Below are positions 37,750 through 48,464 of a stretch of 64,000 nt of DNA, in pieces. The position numbers were made by a program, and so were the translations under genes. Positions within the stretch are counted from its first letter, which is position 1. The number at the start of each line of letters is the position of its first letter. The notes under the pieces were generated by a model that ran no database searches, was not told the DNA's origin, and was given only the letters and a program-made list of their open reading frames with translations. The stretch is from Ignavibacteriota bacterium (GTDB taxonomy: Bacteria; Bacteroidota; Ignavibacteria; Tepidaquicellales; Tepidaquicellaceae): the NCBI GenBank assembly GCA_026390735.1, contig JAPLFJ010000038.1:5062-69061 (forward strand), read 5' to 3'.

Positions 37750-38673
37750 ATGAAAAGTCCAAAAAGGAAGATGCTCGTAAATATACGGGATTATGCAGGA
37801 ATTTTATTCGGGAGTATAATATTCGGCATTTCCTATTCATGGTTTTTAATACCATTTAAGGTTGCTCCGGGAGGAGTTGGCGGTATAGCGCAGGTTATAT
37901 ACTATTTTCTGGGTATTCCGGCCGGTATTTCTATGTTGATAATAAATGTACCTCTCTTCGTTGTTGCATGGTTTTTTCTTGGGAAACAGTTTGGGGTAAA
38001 ATCTTTCTTTGGAATGTTTATGGGTTCCATATTAATAGATTTAATGAGTCCTGAGTTATTGTACAAGAATTTTCCAATATTAAGGGATTTTATTAATACA
38101 CAGTACTGGGCTTTTACAGACAGCGTCCTACTGGCTTCAATAGCTGGTTCCGTATTACTTGGCTTCAGCCTTGGAATAATATTCAAATTCAGAGGTTCAA
38201 CAGGTGGCACAGATATCCCTGTAGCAATGCTGAAGCAATATTCAGGAGTATCTATTGGAACAGGATACTGGATAATAGAGACATTGATAATATTTGCAAT
38301 AGGTGTGGCTTTCAAGGACCTGAATCTCATAATCTGGGGGTATTTAAACCTCTTTATCACAACCCAGATAGTAGATTTGACTGCAGAGGGCGTTCCCTAC
38401 ACAAAAGGGGCATATATTATGTCAAAATCTGAGGATATGATAAAAGAAAGAATAATAACCGAACTTGACAGAGGGATTACATTGTTTCACAGTGAAGGCG
38501 GATACAGCGGAGAAAAACAGAATGTTTTGTTTGTTGTAGTGAACAGAAGGCAGATTACAAGTCTAAGAAGGCTCGTAAAAGAGGAGGACCCGAAGGCATT
38601 TATGGTACTTGTGGATGTAAACGATGTTATGGGAGACGGATTCAAAACAAGGTCGCTTGATTTTAATCAGTAG
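37750..38673 (+). CDS. YitT-family membrane protein with C-terminal DUF2179 domain
   Basis: 307 aa. FKVAPGGVGGIAQ, GSTGGTDI and the C-terminal GITLFHSEGGYSG...KAFMVL. Confidence 0.75.
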   Translation: MKSPKRKMLVNIRDYAGILFGSIIFGISYSWFLIPFKVAPGGVGGIAQVIYYFLGIPAGISMLIINVPLFVVAWFFLGKQFGVKSFFGMFMGSILIDLMSPELLYKNFPILRDFINTQYWAFTDSVLLASIAGSVLLGFSLGIIFKFRGSTGGTDIPVAMLKQYSGVSIGTGYWIIETLIIFAIGVAFKDLNLIIWGYLNLFITTQIVDLTAEGVPYTKGAYIMSKSEDMIKERIITELDRGITLFHSEGGYSGEKQNVLFVVVNRRQITSLRRLVKEEDPKAFMVLVDVNDVMGDGFKTRSLDFNQ

Positions 38674-38742
38674 TAATATTCATTATATCATTGAATAAAT
38701 TGCAGATTTTAGTTAAATTAAGCGTTTGTATAAAATATTTTA

Positions 38743-40098
38743 ATGTTTGAAGATTTAACAAATAAGTTTGACTCGGTCCTTAAGAAGATCAGAGGTCAGG
38801 GTAAAATTACGGAAAAAAACGTTGATGAATCATTGCGTGAAGTCCGTCGAGTCTTATTTGATGCAGACGTTAACTATAAAGTTGTTACAAATTTTATAGC
38901 AAATGTTAAAGAAAAATCTTTAGGTCAGAATGTTATAAACAGCATTACACCGGGACAATTAATCGTTAAGATTATAAATGACGAATTGATTGAACTGATG
39001 GGTTCTGAGAAAAGTGACCTTAAATTTTCAAACAATATTCCGTCTTCGATTATGCTTGCGGGATTGCAGGGTTCTGGTAAAACGACACTTGCAGCAAAGC
39101 TTGCAAAATATTTAAAATCGAAAGGCAGGAATCCCCTGCTTGTAGCATGTGATATTTACAGACCTGCAGCAGTTGAGCAGTTAAAAGTTTTAGGAAAAGA
39201 AATAGATATTCCCGTATTTTCTGTTGACGGAGAAAAAGATGTTATTAAGATAACAGAACAGGCAGAAGATTTTGCGAGAAAGAACGCAAGAGACGTAATG
39301 ATTATTGATACTGCAGGAAGACTTGCAATTGACGACCAGATGATGAATGAGGTTGCCAACATTAAGAAGCGTTTTTCTCCAGAGGAAATACTTTTTGTGG
39401 TTGATTCGATGACAGGACAGGATGCGGTTAACACTGCAAAAGCGTTCCACGACAAGCTTGATTACACCGGAATAGTTCTTACAAAGCTTGACGGTGATAC
39501 AAAGGGTGGTGCGGCATTATCTATCCGTGCAGTTGTTTCTAAGCCGATAAAGTTTGTGAGTGTTGGCGAGAAGTTAGATGCGATTGAGCAGTTTCACCCT
39601 GACAGAATGGCTTCAAGAATTCTTGGGATGGGTGATATTATTTCTTTTGTTGAAAAGGCGCAGCAGGAAATAGATTTAACTGAATCAGCGAAGCTTGAAG
39701 AGAAATTAAGAAAGAACAAATTTGATTTTAATGATTTCCTGTCGCAGATAAAACAGGTTAAGAAGATGGGTTCAATTGGCGGTTTAATTTCAATGATTCC
39801 AGGAGCAAGCAAGGCTTTAAAGGATAAAGAGATAGATGAAAAGGTTTTTAACAAGATAGAATCAGTAATACTTTCAATGACGTATGAGGAAAGAGAAAAC
39901 CCAAACGTATTGAACGGTACGAGAAGAAGAAGGATTGCAGATGGAAGTGGTTCGAGTATACAGGAAGTAAACAGATTAATAAAGCAGTTTGATGATATGC
40001 GTAAGATGATGAAAGGATTCTCAAGCGGTAAGATGAAGAACATGTTAAAAGGCATGAAACTTCCGCCTGACGTAATGAAAAGCATGAATTTAAAATAG
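38743..40098 (+). CDS. ffh: Signal recognition particle protein
   Basis: 451 aa. GLQGSGKTT, DTAGR, TKLDGD and a Met-rich M domain. Confidence 0.95.
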   Translation: MFEDLTNKFDSVLKKIRGQGKITEKNVDESLREVRRVLFDADVNYKVVTNFIANVKEKSLGQNVINSITPGQLIVKIINDELIELMGSEKSDLKFSNNIPSSIMLAGLQGSGKTTLAAKLAKYLKSKGRNPLLVACDIYRPAAVEQLKVLGKEIDIPVFSVDGEKDVIKITEQAEDFARKNARDVMIIDTAGRLAIDDQMMNEVANIKKRFSPEEILFVVDSMTGQDAVNTAKAFHDKLDYTGIVLTKLDGDTKGGAALSIRAVVSKPIKFVSVGEKLDAIEQFHPDRMASRILGMGDIISFVEKAQQEIDLTESAKLEEKLRKNKFDFNDFLSQIKQVKKMGSIGGLISMIPGASKALKDKEIDEKVFNKIESVILSMTYEERENPNVLNGTRRRRIADGSGSSIQEVNRLIKQFDDMRKMMKGFSSGKMKNMLKGMKLPPDVMKSMNLK

Positions 40099-40169
40099 TT
40101 TACATAGATTTTAACAACAAATAATAATATAATTAAATCGAAAAAAGATTCGAAAGGAGACACGTTTAA

Positions 40170-40577
40170 TTGGTCAAATTGAGACTTAAGAGAATGGGTA
40201 AGAAACATATCCCTCTTTACAAAATAGTAGCTGCAGATTCACGTTCACCGAGAGACGGTAGATTTATTGAATCCGTTGGACATTACAATCCGCATACAGA
40301 TCCAATGCTTATAACTTTTAAAGAGGATAGAGTTCTTTACTGGTTAAACAATGGTGCACAACCAACTGAAACAGTAAAAAGTTTACTGAGAAAAGAAGGC
40401 GTTATGATGAAATACCGTCTTTCCAAATCAAAAGTAAGCGCAGAGAAAATTGAAGAGAAAATGAACCAATTTATCGCTGACAAACCTGCAAAAGTTGCAA
40501 GAGCAAAAGCCAGGAAAGTAAGACAAAAAGAAACTAAAGCGAAGAAAGCCGAAGCTAAGACAGAAGAGACTAAGTAA
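40170..40577 (+). CDS. rpsP: 30S ribosomal protein S16 with K/A/E-rich C-terminal extension
   Basis: TTG start. [34 protein letters not shown]. Confidence 0.9.
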   Translation: MVKLRLKRMGKKHIPLYKIVAADSRSPRDGRFIESVGHYNPHTDPMLITFKEDRVLYWLNNGAQPTETVKSLLRKEGVMMKYRLSKSKVSAEKIEEKMNQFIADKPAKVARAKARKVRQKETKAKKAEAKTEETK

Positions 40578-40720
40578 GTCTGATTCCTTTTTCTTTCTGT
40601 CAGTACCGGTTTAGATTTATTTATTAAATCTTCCTTTACTGTACAAGAAAAATACGTTTTGATTTTTGTTTACAACTAACGGAGTATTTTTTATGCTCTG
40701 TATATTAAACATTAGAAACA

Positions 40721-41281
40721 GTGAGTGATTTAGATCAATTTATATTCATCGGTAAAATTACGAAAACTATAGGGATAAAGGGTGCTGTGAAAGTAATACT
40801 CTTAACAGACTTTCCCGAACGGTTTTTGAAATTAAAGGAACTTCAGTTATTCGATGAAAAGAAGAATAAACTGGTCATGAATGAAATCACAAAGGAAAAC
40901 AGTTTTGGTATTTTTGATGTTCAGTTATTTAACAGTTTTGTCAGGTTAAGCATAAGAGGATACGAAAGTATCGAGAAAGTAACTCCCCTGCTTAATCTTC
41001 TTATATGCATAGACGAAAAGAAGAGAATGAAACTCCCGAAAGGACTACATTACTATTATGAAATGTTAGGATGTGATGTTTACGATTCAGATAATTTACT
41101 GGGAACGGTAACTAAGATAGACAACTTCGGATGTTCCGATATTTTGTTTATCAAAAGTGTTAAGGGAAAAGAGATAATGATTCCTTTGCTGAAAGAATTC
41201 GTAACTAAGATAGATGTAAAGACCAGGAAGATTGACGTTAAGTTAATAGAAGGATTAATCGAAACTGATGATGAGGTTTGA
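40721..41281 (+). CDS. rimM: 16S rRNA processing protein RimM
   Basis: 186 aa with GTG start. IGKITKTIGIKGAVKV N-terminal barrel and a PRC-barrel C-terminus. Conserved rpsP-rimM-trmD-rplS order. Confidence 0.8.
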   Translation: MSDLDQFIFIGKITKTIGIKGAVKVILLTDFPERFLKLKELQLFDEKKNKLVMNEITKENSFGIFDVQLFNSFVRLSIRGYESIEKVTPLLNLLICIDEKKRMKLPKGLHYYYEMLGCDVYDSDNLLGTVTKIDNFGCSDILFIKSVKGKEIMIPLLKEFVTKIDVKTRKIDVKLIEGLIETDDEV

Positions 41282-41948
41282 TATAGTTTCGGCTAATCCG
41301 AAGATTTTAGACAGTTCTTTGACAAATGGTTTGATTTCAAGAGTAAGTTCGAAAGGACTTATTGAAATACACATGCATAATCTGAGGGAGTATGCTGAAG
41401 GAAATTACAAGCAGATTGATGATACTCCTTATGGAGGGGGCGCAGGAATGATTTTAAAACCTGAACCGATTTTCAAATGTGTGGAAGGTTTAATGAGCGA
41501 AAGAGAATATGATGAAGTAATATACTTTTCTGCTCAGGGGATTAAATTGAAACAGAAGATTGTTAACGATTTTTCTTTGAAATCAAACTTTATACTTATT
41601 TGCGGGCATTACAAGGGTATAGATGAAAGAGTTATAAAAAAATTAGTGACTCAGGAAGTATCGATAGGAGATTATGTATTATCGTGCGGAGATGTAGCAG
41701 CACTGGTTTTTATTGATTCGGTGGCAAGGCTGTTACCCGGTGCTTTAGGAGACGGGGAATCAGCATTAACTGATTCATTCCAGGTAGAAGCAGGGTTTGA
41801 CTGTCCGCAATACACGAGACCTGAAAAATACAAAGGTATGAAAGTTCCTGATGTTTTGTTATCGGGGAATCATAACAACATAAATATCTGGCGCAATAAA
41901 AAAGCGACAGCAAAGTTTAAAAAAATAAGAAAATTAAATAAATCATAA
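41268..41948 (+). CDS. trmD: tRNA (guanine37-N1)-methyltransferase
   Basis: 226 aa. [28 protein letters not shown] and GDYVLSGG-like motifs. Confidence 0.9.
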   Translation: MMRFDIVSANPKILDSSLTNGLISRVSSKGLIEIHMHNLREYAEGNYKQIDDTPYGGGAGMILKPEPIFKCVEGLMSEREYDEVIYFSAQGIKLKQKIVNDFSLKSNFILICGHYKGIDERVIKKLVTQEVSIGDYVLSCGDVAALVFIDSVARLLPGALGDGESALTDSFQVEAGFDCPQYTRPEKYKGMKVPDVLLSGNHNNINIWRNKKATAKFKKIRKLNKS

Positions 41949-41970
41949 CAGTTACAGGAGTAATCAAGAA

Positions 41971-42417
41971 ATGGACAAAATTAAATTAGTCGAAGCGGCA
42001 CAATTAAGAAAAGATTTGCCGGACTTTCACGTAGGTGATACCGTTACAGTGTTTGTAAAGGTTATCGAAGGTGATAAAGAAAGAATACAGCAGTTCAAAG
42101 GAATTGTTATGGGAATTAAAGGCAGCGGTTTAAGCAAAACATTCAGAGTCAGAAAGATTTCGAATGGCGTAGGCGTTGAGAGAATATTCCCTTATAACTC
42201 ACCCAAGATTGCAAAAATAGAGATAATAAAGCACGGCGGAATCCGCAGAGCTAAATTATACTATTTAAGAGGTTTAACGGGTAAAGCTGCAACAAAGATT
42301 AAAGAAAAGAAAAGAAAAGTTCTTGAATCTGTTATAGAAGAAATAGTTGTAGAAACTCCTGCAGTTGATATTCAGGAAGCACCTGTAGCAGAACAAACAA
42401 CCGAAACAAAAGAATAA
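41971..42417 (+). CDS. rplS: 50S ribosomal protein L19 with C-terminal extension
   Basis: 148 aa. [19 protein letters not shown] and [17 protein letters not shown]. Confidence 0.9.
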   Translation: MDKIKLVEAAQLRKDLPDFHVGDTVTVFVKVIEGDKERIQQFKGIVMGIKGSGLSKTFRVRKISNGVGVERIFPYNSPKIAKIEIIKHGGIRRAKLYYLRGLTGKAATKIKEKKRKVLESVIEEIVVETPAVDIQEAPVAEQTTETKE

Positions 42418-42426
42418 TGATAATAT

Positions 42427-42457
42427 AAGGTCAGGCCAATAACCTGACCTTTTTTTA
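42427..42457 (+). terminator. Rho-independent terminator
   Basis: aaggtcagg-ccaataa-cctgacctt followed by tttttt. Confidence 0.85.
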
Positions 42458-42466
42458 TTACATGCT

Positions 42467-43108
42467 TTGTCATCAAAAAAAATCTTTATATCAGTTGCCG
42501 GTAACATTGGATCAGGGAAATCATCCCTGACAGGCTTGCTTGCCAATAAATTTAACTGGCTTCCCTATTATGAATCAGTTGCAGACAATCCTTATCTTTC
42601 CGATTTCTACGGAGATATGACAAGATGGTCTTTTAATCTCCAGATATATTTTCTTGCCCACAGGTTTAAAATTCACAAAGACTTAACCGACAAACCAGGT
42701 TCCGTTATACAGGACAGGAGCATTTACGAAGACGTTGAGATATTTGCGAAGAACCTTCACAAACTTGGGAAGATGTCAGACAGGGACTATGACACGTACA
42801 CAAATCTCTTTGAAGATATGACTGCATATTTACAGCCTCCTGATTTACTGGTTTACCTGCAGGCAAGCATACCCACATTAGTCAATCAGATTAAAATAAG
42901 AGGAAGAGATTTTGAAAAGGATATTGATATTAATTATCTTGAAGAACTGAATGACAGCTATGAGAAATGGATTGCAAGTTATAACCTTGGACGAGTACTC
43001 ATCATAAACAAAGACAACCTCGACTTTGTACATTCGCACAATGATTTCAACTTCATAATAGAAAAGATAGAAAAAGATTTACTGCTTGACCTTCGTCTGT
43101 TCACTTAA
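42467..43108 (+). CDS. Deoxynucleoside kinase
   Basis: 213 aa with TTG start. P-loop GNIGSGKSS, YYE/FY region and DRSIYED (ERS-type) motif. Confidence 0.8.
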   Translation: MSSKKIFISVAGNIGSGKSSLTGLLANKFNWLPYYESVADNPYLSDFYGDMTRWSFNLQIYFLAHRFKIHKDLTDKPGSVIQDRSIYEDVEIFAKNLHKLGKMSDRDYDTYTNLFEDMTAYLQPPDLLVYLQASIPTLVNQIKIRGRDFEKDIDINYLEELNDSYEKWIASYNLGRVLIINKDNLDFVHSHNDFNFIIEKIEKDLLLDLRLFT

Positions 43109-44459
43109 TCCTGCTCGGAGTAGGGATATCATACTTACTCATCAGTTTATACAAATGACTCCTCTGTATCTTTAAAGCTTCAGCTGTCTGGCTGATATTA
43201 TACTTATAATCCTGTAATATTTTAAGAAGGAACATCTTCTCGGATTCATTCTGGAATTCATTCAAAGAAAGAAATTTATTAAGCAAGTCGTTTAATTCCT
43301 TCGTATGTTTTGTTTCGGGTAATTCTATGTCCTCCACGCTTATCTGTTCTCTGTCAACAGTAAATATGATTCTTTCGATAAAGTTCTTTAACTCCCGTAC
43401 ATTACCGGGCCAGCGGAAAGTTTTCATTCTGGAAAGAGCATTTTCATTGAACACCTTTACAGAAATATTATAAGCAACGCAGACATGGAATACAAAAAAG
43501 GTAGTCAGGTCTGATATATCCTCAACTCTTTCCCTTAAAGGAGGAATATTAATATTCATAACATTAATACGGTGATAGAGGTCTTCACGGAATTTACCTT
43601 CCGAGATTTCAGACTGCAGATCTTTATTGGTTGTGAAGAGAAATCTCACGTTTGTAATGATATCATTTGTCCCGCCTATCCTGCTGAACTTACCCTCGTC
43701 AATAACCTTAAGAAGTTTTGACTGAACATCAAGATTCATATTTGAGATTTCATCGAATAAGATAGTACCACCAAAGGCCTCTTCCAGTTTACCTTTTCTT
43801 TTAATCTCACCATCTTCGGCAAGACCGAACAATTCCTCATCAACATTAGACTCTTTAATATTGGCGCAATTAATGACAACCATAGGTTTATCCGAACGAC
43901 CAGAATTATAATGAATCTGATTTGCAACCAGGAGTTTACCTGTGCCGCTTTCCCCTGTTATCAGAAGATTAAGGTTTAAGTCTTTATATTTTTCTATAAG
44001 TTCTACAACATTTAATATTTTTGTACTGGTGCCGATGATTCTATTGGATTCGATTAAATCCTTTTTATACCGGGCAAGTTCATCCTTGCTGTTTTTATAG
44101 TCGATTGCATTCTTAAACGTAACAAGCATTTCCGAAATATCAGGTAAAGGTTTCTCGAGGAAATAATAAGCGCCCTTCTTTGTTGCTTCGACGGCTGTTT
44201 CTATATTACCGTGACCTGAAATCATGATGATTAACTGGTCATTTTTCATATCCATCATTTTTTCGAGCACTTCCATACCGTCCATCTTAGGCATTTTGAT
44301 ATCCAGCAATATGAGGTCATAGGATGAGTCACTGAATTTCTTCAAAGCTGCTATACCATCATAGCAGAAGTCAACTTCATAGCCTGCGTGCCTTAAGATT
44401 AAAGACAGACTGTCCACGATTGATTCTTCGTCATCAACGATTAAAATTCTATTAGCCAT
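43101..44459 (-). CDS. NtrC-family response regulator (REC + AAA+ + Fis-type HTH) with degenerate GAFTGA loop
   Basis: 452 aa. REC with LLDIKMP Asp53, Walker A GESGTGK, FDEI Walker B, RFLFTTN, PPLRERVEDI and a C-terminal HTH. The GAFTGA position reads ELFGLAEDGEIKRKG. Confidence 0.85.
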   Translation of the reverse strand: MANRILIVDDEESIVDSLSLILRHAGYEVDFCYDGIAALKKFSDSSYDLILLDIKMPKMDGMEVLEKMMDMKNDQLIIMISGHGNIETAVEATKKGAYYFLEKPLPDISEMLVTFKNAIDYKNSKDELARYKKDLIESNRIIGTSTKILNVVELIEKYKDLNLNLLITGESGTGKLLVANQIHYNSGRSDKPMVVINCANIKESNVDEELFGLAEDGEIKRKGKLEEAFGGTILFDEISNMNLDVQSKLLKVIDEGKFSRIGGTNDIITNVRFLFTTNKDLQSEISEGKFREDLYHRINVMNINIPPLRERVEDISDLTTFFVFHVCVAYNISVKVFNENALSRMKTFRWPGNVRELKNFIERIIFTVDREQISVEDIELPETKHTKELNDLLNKFLSLNEFQNESEKMFLLKILQDYKYNISQTAEALKIQRSHLYKLMSKYDIPTPSRIK

Positions 44460-44462
44460 AGA

Positions 44463-46784
44463 TTAAGATTTAAGTTCAACTATTGTAACTCCTGTATCAC
44501 CTTCATTCCAGTTTCCGAGTCTGAAGTTACCTACATACTTATTATGTTTGAGCATAGAATGTACAGTCTTTCTAAGAATACCTGTACCTTTACCATGCAC
44601 GATAGATAAAATCGATACATTGTTAATATGCCCGTCATAAATGAAATTTTCAAGTAATTCTTCTATCTCAGTTGCATATTTACCTCTTATATCCAGATTA
44701 GTATCGAATGCCTCGCTAAGAATAACACGATAATCATTTTCCTTATTCTTACTGTTTACTCCAACGAATACCAATTTCTTAGTTTTAGATTTAATAATCA
44801 GCCCATTCGAATTGATTACAACATTATCTTTGCTGATTTCAGTAATCTCACCTACGGTATTTGAATCAACTATTCTAACAATATCACCGACTCTTAATTT
44901 ACTCTTCCCTTCTTCTGATGCTATAATATCAGGCGTGATAGATTTCGAGCCTTCCGAGAAATCCTTCTTAATTTCAGATATTGATTTCTGCTGCTCCCTT
45001 ACATCTTTAACAGCCTTTTCTATTAATCCTCTGCCCTCATCAAGTATCGTAGTTGCTTTTTCTTTTGCCAGACGGATAATTTCTTTCTCTTTATCCTTAA
45101 TATTATTCAGTTTCGATTCCAGTTCCTCGTGAAGAAGTATAGCCTTTGAGGTTTTATCCTCATACTCATTTTTCAATTCCGTGTACTTAATCTTTGAGTC
45201 ATTAAGTTCTCTGAGCATATCTTCAATCTTGTGCTGATCTTCAATGACCATAGTTGAAGCGAACTGAATTATACCGTCAGGGAGATTGAATTTGTTAGCA
45301 AGTTCAAAAGTATAACTTTGTCCCGGAATACCAATCTGAAAGTTAAATGAGGGTGACAATCTATCGAAGTTGAATTCTAGTGAAGCATTAGCAAACTTCT
45401 CATTATTGTGCGCAAATATCTTCAGGTCACCGATATGTGTTGTGACGATTGTAAAGCAGTTCTTATCAGAGAGATACTTAAGGATAGAAGCTGAGAGTGC
45501 AGAACCGAATTTCGGGTCGGTACCGCTGCAGATTTCATCTATAAGTATTAATGAGTTTTCATCTGAATTAGTAATAACATCCTTTAGTTCCTTAAGATGA
45601 GAGCTGAAAGAACTTAAGCTGTTTTCAATGGACTGTTCATCGCCAATTACAGTAAAGAACTTTGTGAACACCTTAAATTCACTGTCAAGATAAGCAGGCA
45701 CGAGTATTCCAGACTGGAACATCATCTGCAATAATCCAACGGTTTTAAGAGAAACCGTTTTTCCTCCTGCATTAGGGCCTGTGATGACAATTGTGTTAAT
45801 ACCATCATCCACTGACAAATTCAGAGGGACGACATTTGGTTTCTCAAGTTTCTGAATAAGTATAGGATGAAATGCGTTTACAAATTTAAGTTTATCTTTA
45901 CTAATATCGGGCTGAATACATTCGAATTCAATTCCATACTTTGCTTTTGCGATAATAAAATCCAGTTCAGCAAGAATATCAGAGTTAACTTTAAGTTCGT
46001 TATAATACTTTGCAATTGTTTCTGACAGATGGCGGAGAATTTTCTCAACTTCCCTCTTTTCTTCGTAGTGAAGTTCAGTAATTTCGTTGTTTAAGTCAAT
46101 TGTTTCAGCAGGTTCAATAAAAACGGTATATCCGGTTGCAGAAGAACTATGAATTATGCCAGGAACCTTTCTTTTGTTTTCCACTTTAACTGGTATAACG
46201 GACCTGCCATCGCGAAGTGTTATAATATCATCCTGAGTGTATTCCTGTTCAGTAACTCTCTTAAGTAATTTAGAAAGAAGTTTTCTGAGTGAATCCCGTT
46301 TATCGATTAAATCTTCACGTATTTTCTTAAGGTTTCTGGAAGCATTATCGCGTACCTCACCGTTAACATCTATAGTAGATTCAATATTATGTTCAAGAAC
46401 TTTATCCACATAAAGTCCTTCTGTCATTTTCTTTAAATCTTCACTTTCATTAATAGAATTAACCTGCGATTTAACAATCCTGCCGATTCTCATGAAATCT
46501 TTAATCCAGTTATATTTTTCCGGCTGGATGTAGTTACCAGGAATTCTAATCCTGTCTATATCTTCACGTATATCTTTAAGTCCTTCTATATTTATATCAT
46601 TGCCAGCTTCAATAAATTCCTTTATAGATTTCAGTTTATTAAACTCAATTTTAAGGAGCAAAGGTGAAGTAAACAGTTCCATCTCACTGACTTTATCGAT
46701 TCCGTACTGTGAGGAGCAATAAGTTTTCAGTTTATCACAAACCTTATCGAATTCAAGTTTCTTCTGTACTTCTTTCAGTTCCAT
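44463..46784 (-). CDS. mutS2: Endonuclease MutS2 (MutS ATPase + C-terminal Smr domain)
   Basis: 773 aa. GPNAGGKT, LILIDEICSGTDP and a C-terminal Smr (LDIRGKYA...IVHGKGTGILR). Confidence 0.9.
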   Translation of the reverse strand: MELKEVQKKLEFDKVCDKLKTYCSSQYGIDKVSEMELFTSPLLLKIEFNKLKSIKEFIEAGNDINIEGLKDIREDIDRIRIPGNYIQPEKYNWIKDFMRIGRIVKSQVNSINESEDLKKMTEGLYVDKVLEHNIESTIDVNGEVRDNASRNLKKIREDLIDKRDSLRKLLSKLLKRVTEQEYTQDDIITLRDGRSVIPVKVENKRKVPGIIHSSSATGYTVFIEPAETIDLNNEITELHYEEKREVEKILRHLSETIAKYYNELKVNSDILAELDFIIAKAKYGIEFECIQPDISKDKLKFVNAFHPILIQKLEKPNVVPLNLSVDDGINTIVITGPNAGGKTVSLKTVGLLQMMFQSGILVPAYLDSEFKVFTKFFTVIGDEQSIENSLSSFSSHLKELKDVITNSDENSLILIDEICSGTDPKFGSALSASILKYLSDKNCFTIVTTHIGDLKIFAHNNEKFANASLEFNFDRLSPSFNFQIGIPGQSYTFELANKFNLPDGIIQFASTMVIEDQHKIEDMLRELNDSKIKYTELKNEYEDKTSKAILLHEELESKLNNIKDKEKEIIRLAKEKATTILDEGRGLIEKAVKDVREQQKSISEIKKDFSEGSKSITPDIIASEEGKSKLRVGDIVRIVDSNTVGEITEISKDNVVINSNGLIIKSKTKKLVFVGVNSKNKENDYRVILSEAFDTNLDIRGKYATEIEELLENFIYDGHINNVSILSIVHGKGTGILRKTVHSMLKHNKYVGNFRLGNWNEGDTGVTIVELKS

Positions 46785-47315
46785 TTATTTAGTCTTTGTT
46801 GAATCGTTAGTCACGAAGCCAAGAACATCGTTAAAGTCCTTTTTATTGAAAGGAATAATGTCCTTTACCAGATTATAAGTTGAGGGTGCCGCCTGCGACA
46901 CATAAGGGAAAAGGAAAGAGCCACTCTTCTGAGTTTTAGGAATCATAGAGAAAGAGACCAGCAGAAGCAGTGATAAGCTGACGAACAGAATACCTTTCAA
47001 TCCACCGAAAAGAAAACCTCCGATTTTATCGATTGTTTCAGAGATGAAATTAAGTTTGGATATTTTACTTGCGATAAAAATACCGAGGAGATAGATTGTA
47101 AGAATAATAAGTACGAAAGTAATAACCTGAGCAAGTTTAGGGTCTTTAATGAGAGGTTTCAATATTAAAACAAAACCGGAATTAAACTTAACTGAAAGAA
47201 TAATTCCGGTAACAATACTTATGTAAGAAAACACACTCTTTATCAGTCCCTTCTTCAACCCAAAGATTGCAGGAACGACAATCAATATCAATATTATAAT
47301 ATCGAGTGCATTCAA
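46785..47315 (-). CDS. cvpA: CvpA-family membrane protein
   Basis: 176 aa, 4 TM. LDIIILIL...GLKKGLIKS and IDKIGGFLFGGLKG match the CvpA pattern. Confidence 0.7.
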   Translation of the reverse strand: MNALDIIILILIVVPAIFGLKKGLIKSVFSYISIVTGIILSVKFNSGFVLILKPLIKDPKLAQVITFVLIILTIYLLGIFIASKISKLNFISETIDKIGGFLFGGLKGILFVSLSLLLLVSFSMIPKTQKSGSFLFPYVSQAAPSTYNLVKDIIPFNKKDFNDVLGFVTNDSTKTK

Positions 47316-47321
47316 ACTCTT

Positions 47322-47768
47322 TTAACCGAGACGGCTTTTAACAATCTCCTGAATAATTTTACCATCGAACTTACCTTTAAGTTCTTTCATCACAGGTCCC
47401 ATCACCTTACCGATATCCTTTGCTGATGTAGCTCCTGATTCTTTAATCACGTTATCAATTATTGCTTCAGCTTCTTCGCGGGAAAGCTGCTTAGGCAAAT
47501 ATTCGTTAATAATTTCAAGTTGTTTGGTTTCACGTTCTACCAGGTCAGCACGACCGGCGGTTTCAAACATCTCTATAGATTCTTTACGCATCTTTGCCTG
47601 TTTATTAAGAAGCTGCAATTCTTCTTCTTCATTCATTTCCCTGTCCATACCAGACTTATCCATCTTGAGAATTTCAGCTCTGATACTGCGAAGAGTTTCA
47701 GTTCTGAAAGCATTCTGAGCCAGCATAGACTGCTTTAAATCATCTGTTATTTTTTCCTTTAAACTCAT
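47322..47768 (-). CDS. yqeY: GatB/YqeY domain protein
   Basis: 148 aa. LKEKITDDLKQSM...LRSIRAEI...INEYLPKQLS...GKVMG pattern. Confidence 0.85.
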   Translation of the reverse strand: MSLKEKITDDLKQSMLAQNAFRTETLRSIRAEILKMDKSGMDREMNEEEELQLLNKQAKMRKESIEMFETAGRADLVERETKQLEIINEYLPKQLSREEAEAIIDNVIKESGATSAKDIGKVMGPVMKELKGKFDGKIIQEIVKSRLG

Positions 47769-47780
47769 AGTCTTAATAGA

Positions 47781-48464
47781 TTAGGATTGGTCTCCGTTAT
47801 CGTATCTTGCAAGCTGACCAAGGAATTTCGACTTCGGATAATCAGTCTTGAGAGCCTTAATAGTTTTCTTCAGGTTATCATTATCTTTTGCGTTGAAATA
47901 ACTTCTGATTGCATAGAACATATATTCATCGTTATTGGAAACATTTTTAGAAACCTTGGCGGCTTTTTCAAAATACTTTGCTGCATTAACCCAGTCGTTC
48001 TTAGTTTCGTAGACTGAAGCAATACCTGCAAAAGAAGCGGCTTTGAACATTTCATTCTTGCCTGAATAATCGTTATAATACTTATTTGCATTCTCAAAAT
48101 CTCTGAGGTTATAATAACTGTTAGCGAGCATAAGTTTTGCAGTTTGACCGCTTTCAGTAGAACCGTATTCATTGACTATATAAGCAAGACCCTTTGACAT
48201 TCCGAGTGAATCTCCGTTAATTGCCATCTGAAACATATCGGCAGCATAGATTTGTTTAACCTTTGCGAGTTCAAGAGTAGCAATTTCAGATTTCTGACTC
48301 TGGTTTCTGAAATAGATAAAGACAACCGCTATGATAAGCACTAAAACAGTAAGTATAGTGTAAACACGGTTTTTATTGTTTTCAAAATACTCAGTACCTT
48401 TATAGTACCAGAGCATCATTTTTTCTTCTGTACCGTGCTTAGACGATTTTGCAAGTTTTGACAT
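47781..48464 (-). CDS. Membrane-anchored TPR-like protein (YfgM-like)
   Basis: 227 aa. One TM (YTILTVLVLIIAVVFIYF) followed by TPR-like helices. Confidence 0.5.
   Translation of the reverse strand: MSKLAKSSKHGTEEKMMLWYYKGTEYFENNKNRVYTILTVLVLIIAVVFIYFRNQSQKSEIATLELAKVKQIYAADMFQMAINGDSLGMSKGLAYIVNEYGSTESGQTAKLMLANSYYNLRDFENANKYYNDYSGKNEMFKAASFAGIASVYETKNDWVNAAKYFEKAAKVSKNVSNNDEYMFYAIRSYFNAKDNDNLKKTIKALKTDYPKSKFLGQLARYDNGDQS

Noticed and set aside
39594-40208. Long antisense ORFs in the track, e.g. 39594-40208, 5714-6187, 37902-38360, 14169-14555, 48702-49064, 16908-17291, 18312-18638, 63057-63338 and 63367-63600.
   Set aside because: Each lies entirely opposite a gene with strong family motifs and has low-complexity or odd composition, so these are shadow ORFs.
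43101-43108. 8-nt 3'-end overlap of the convergent deoxynucleoside kinase and NtrC-like genes, with no terminator between them.
   Set aside because: Short convergent overlaps occur by chance in compact genomes, and there is no further signal.
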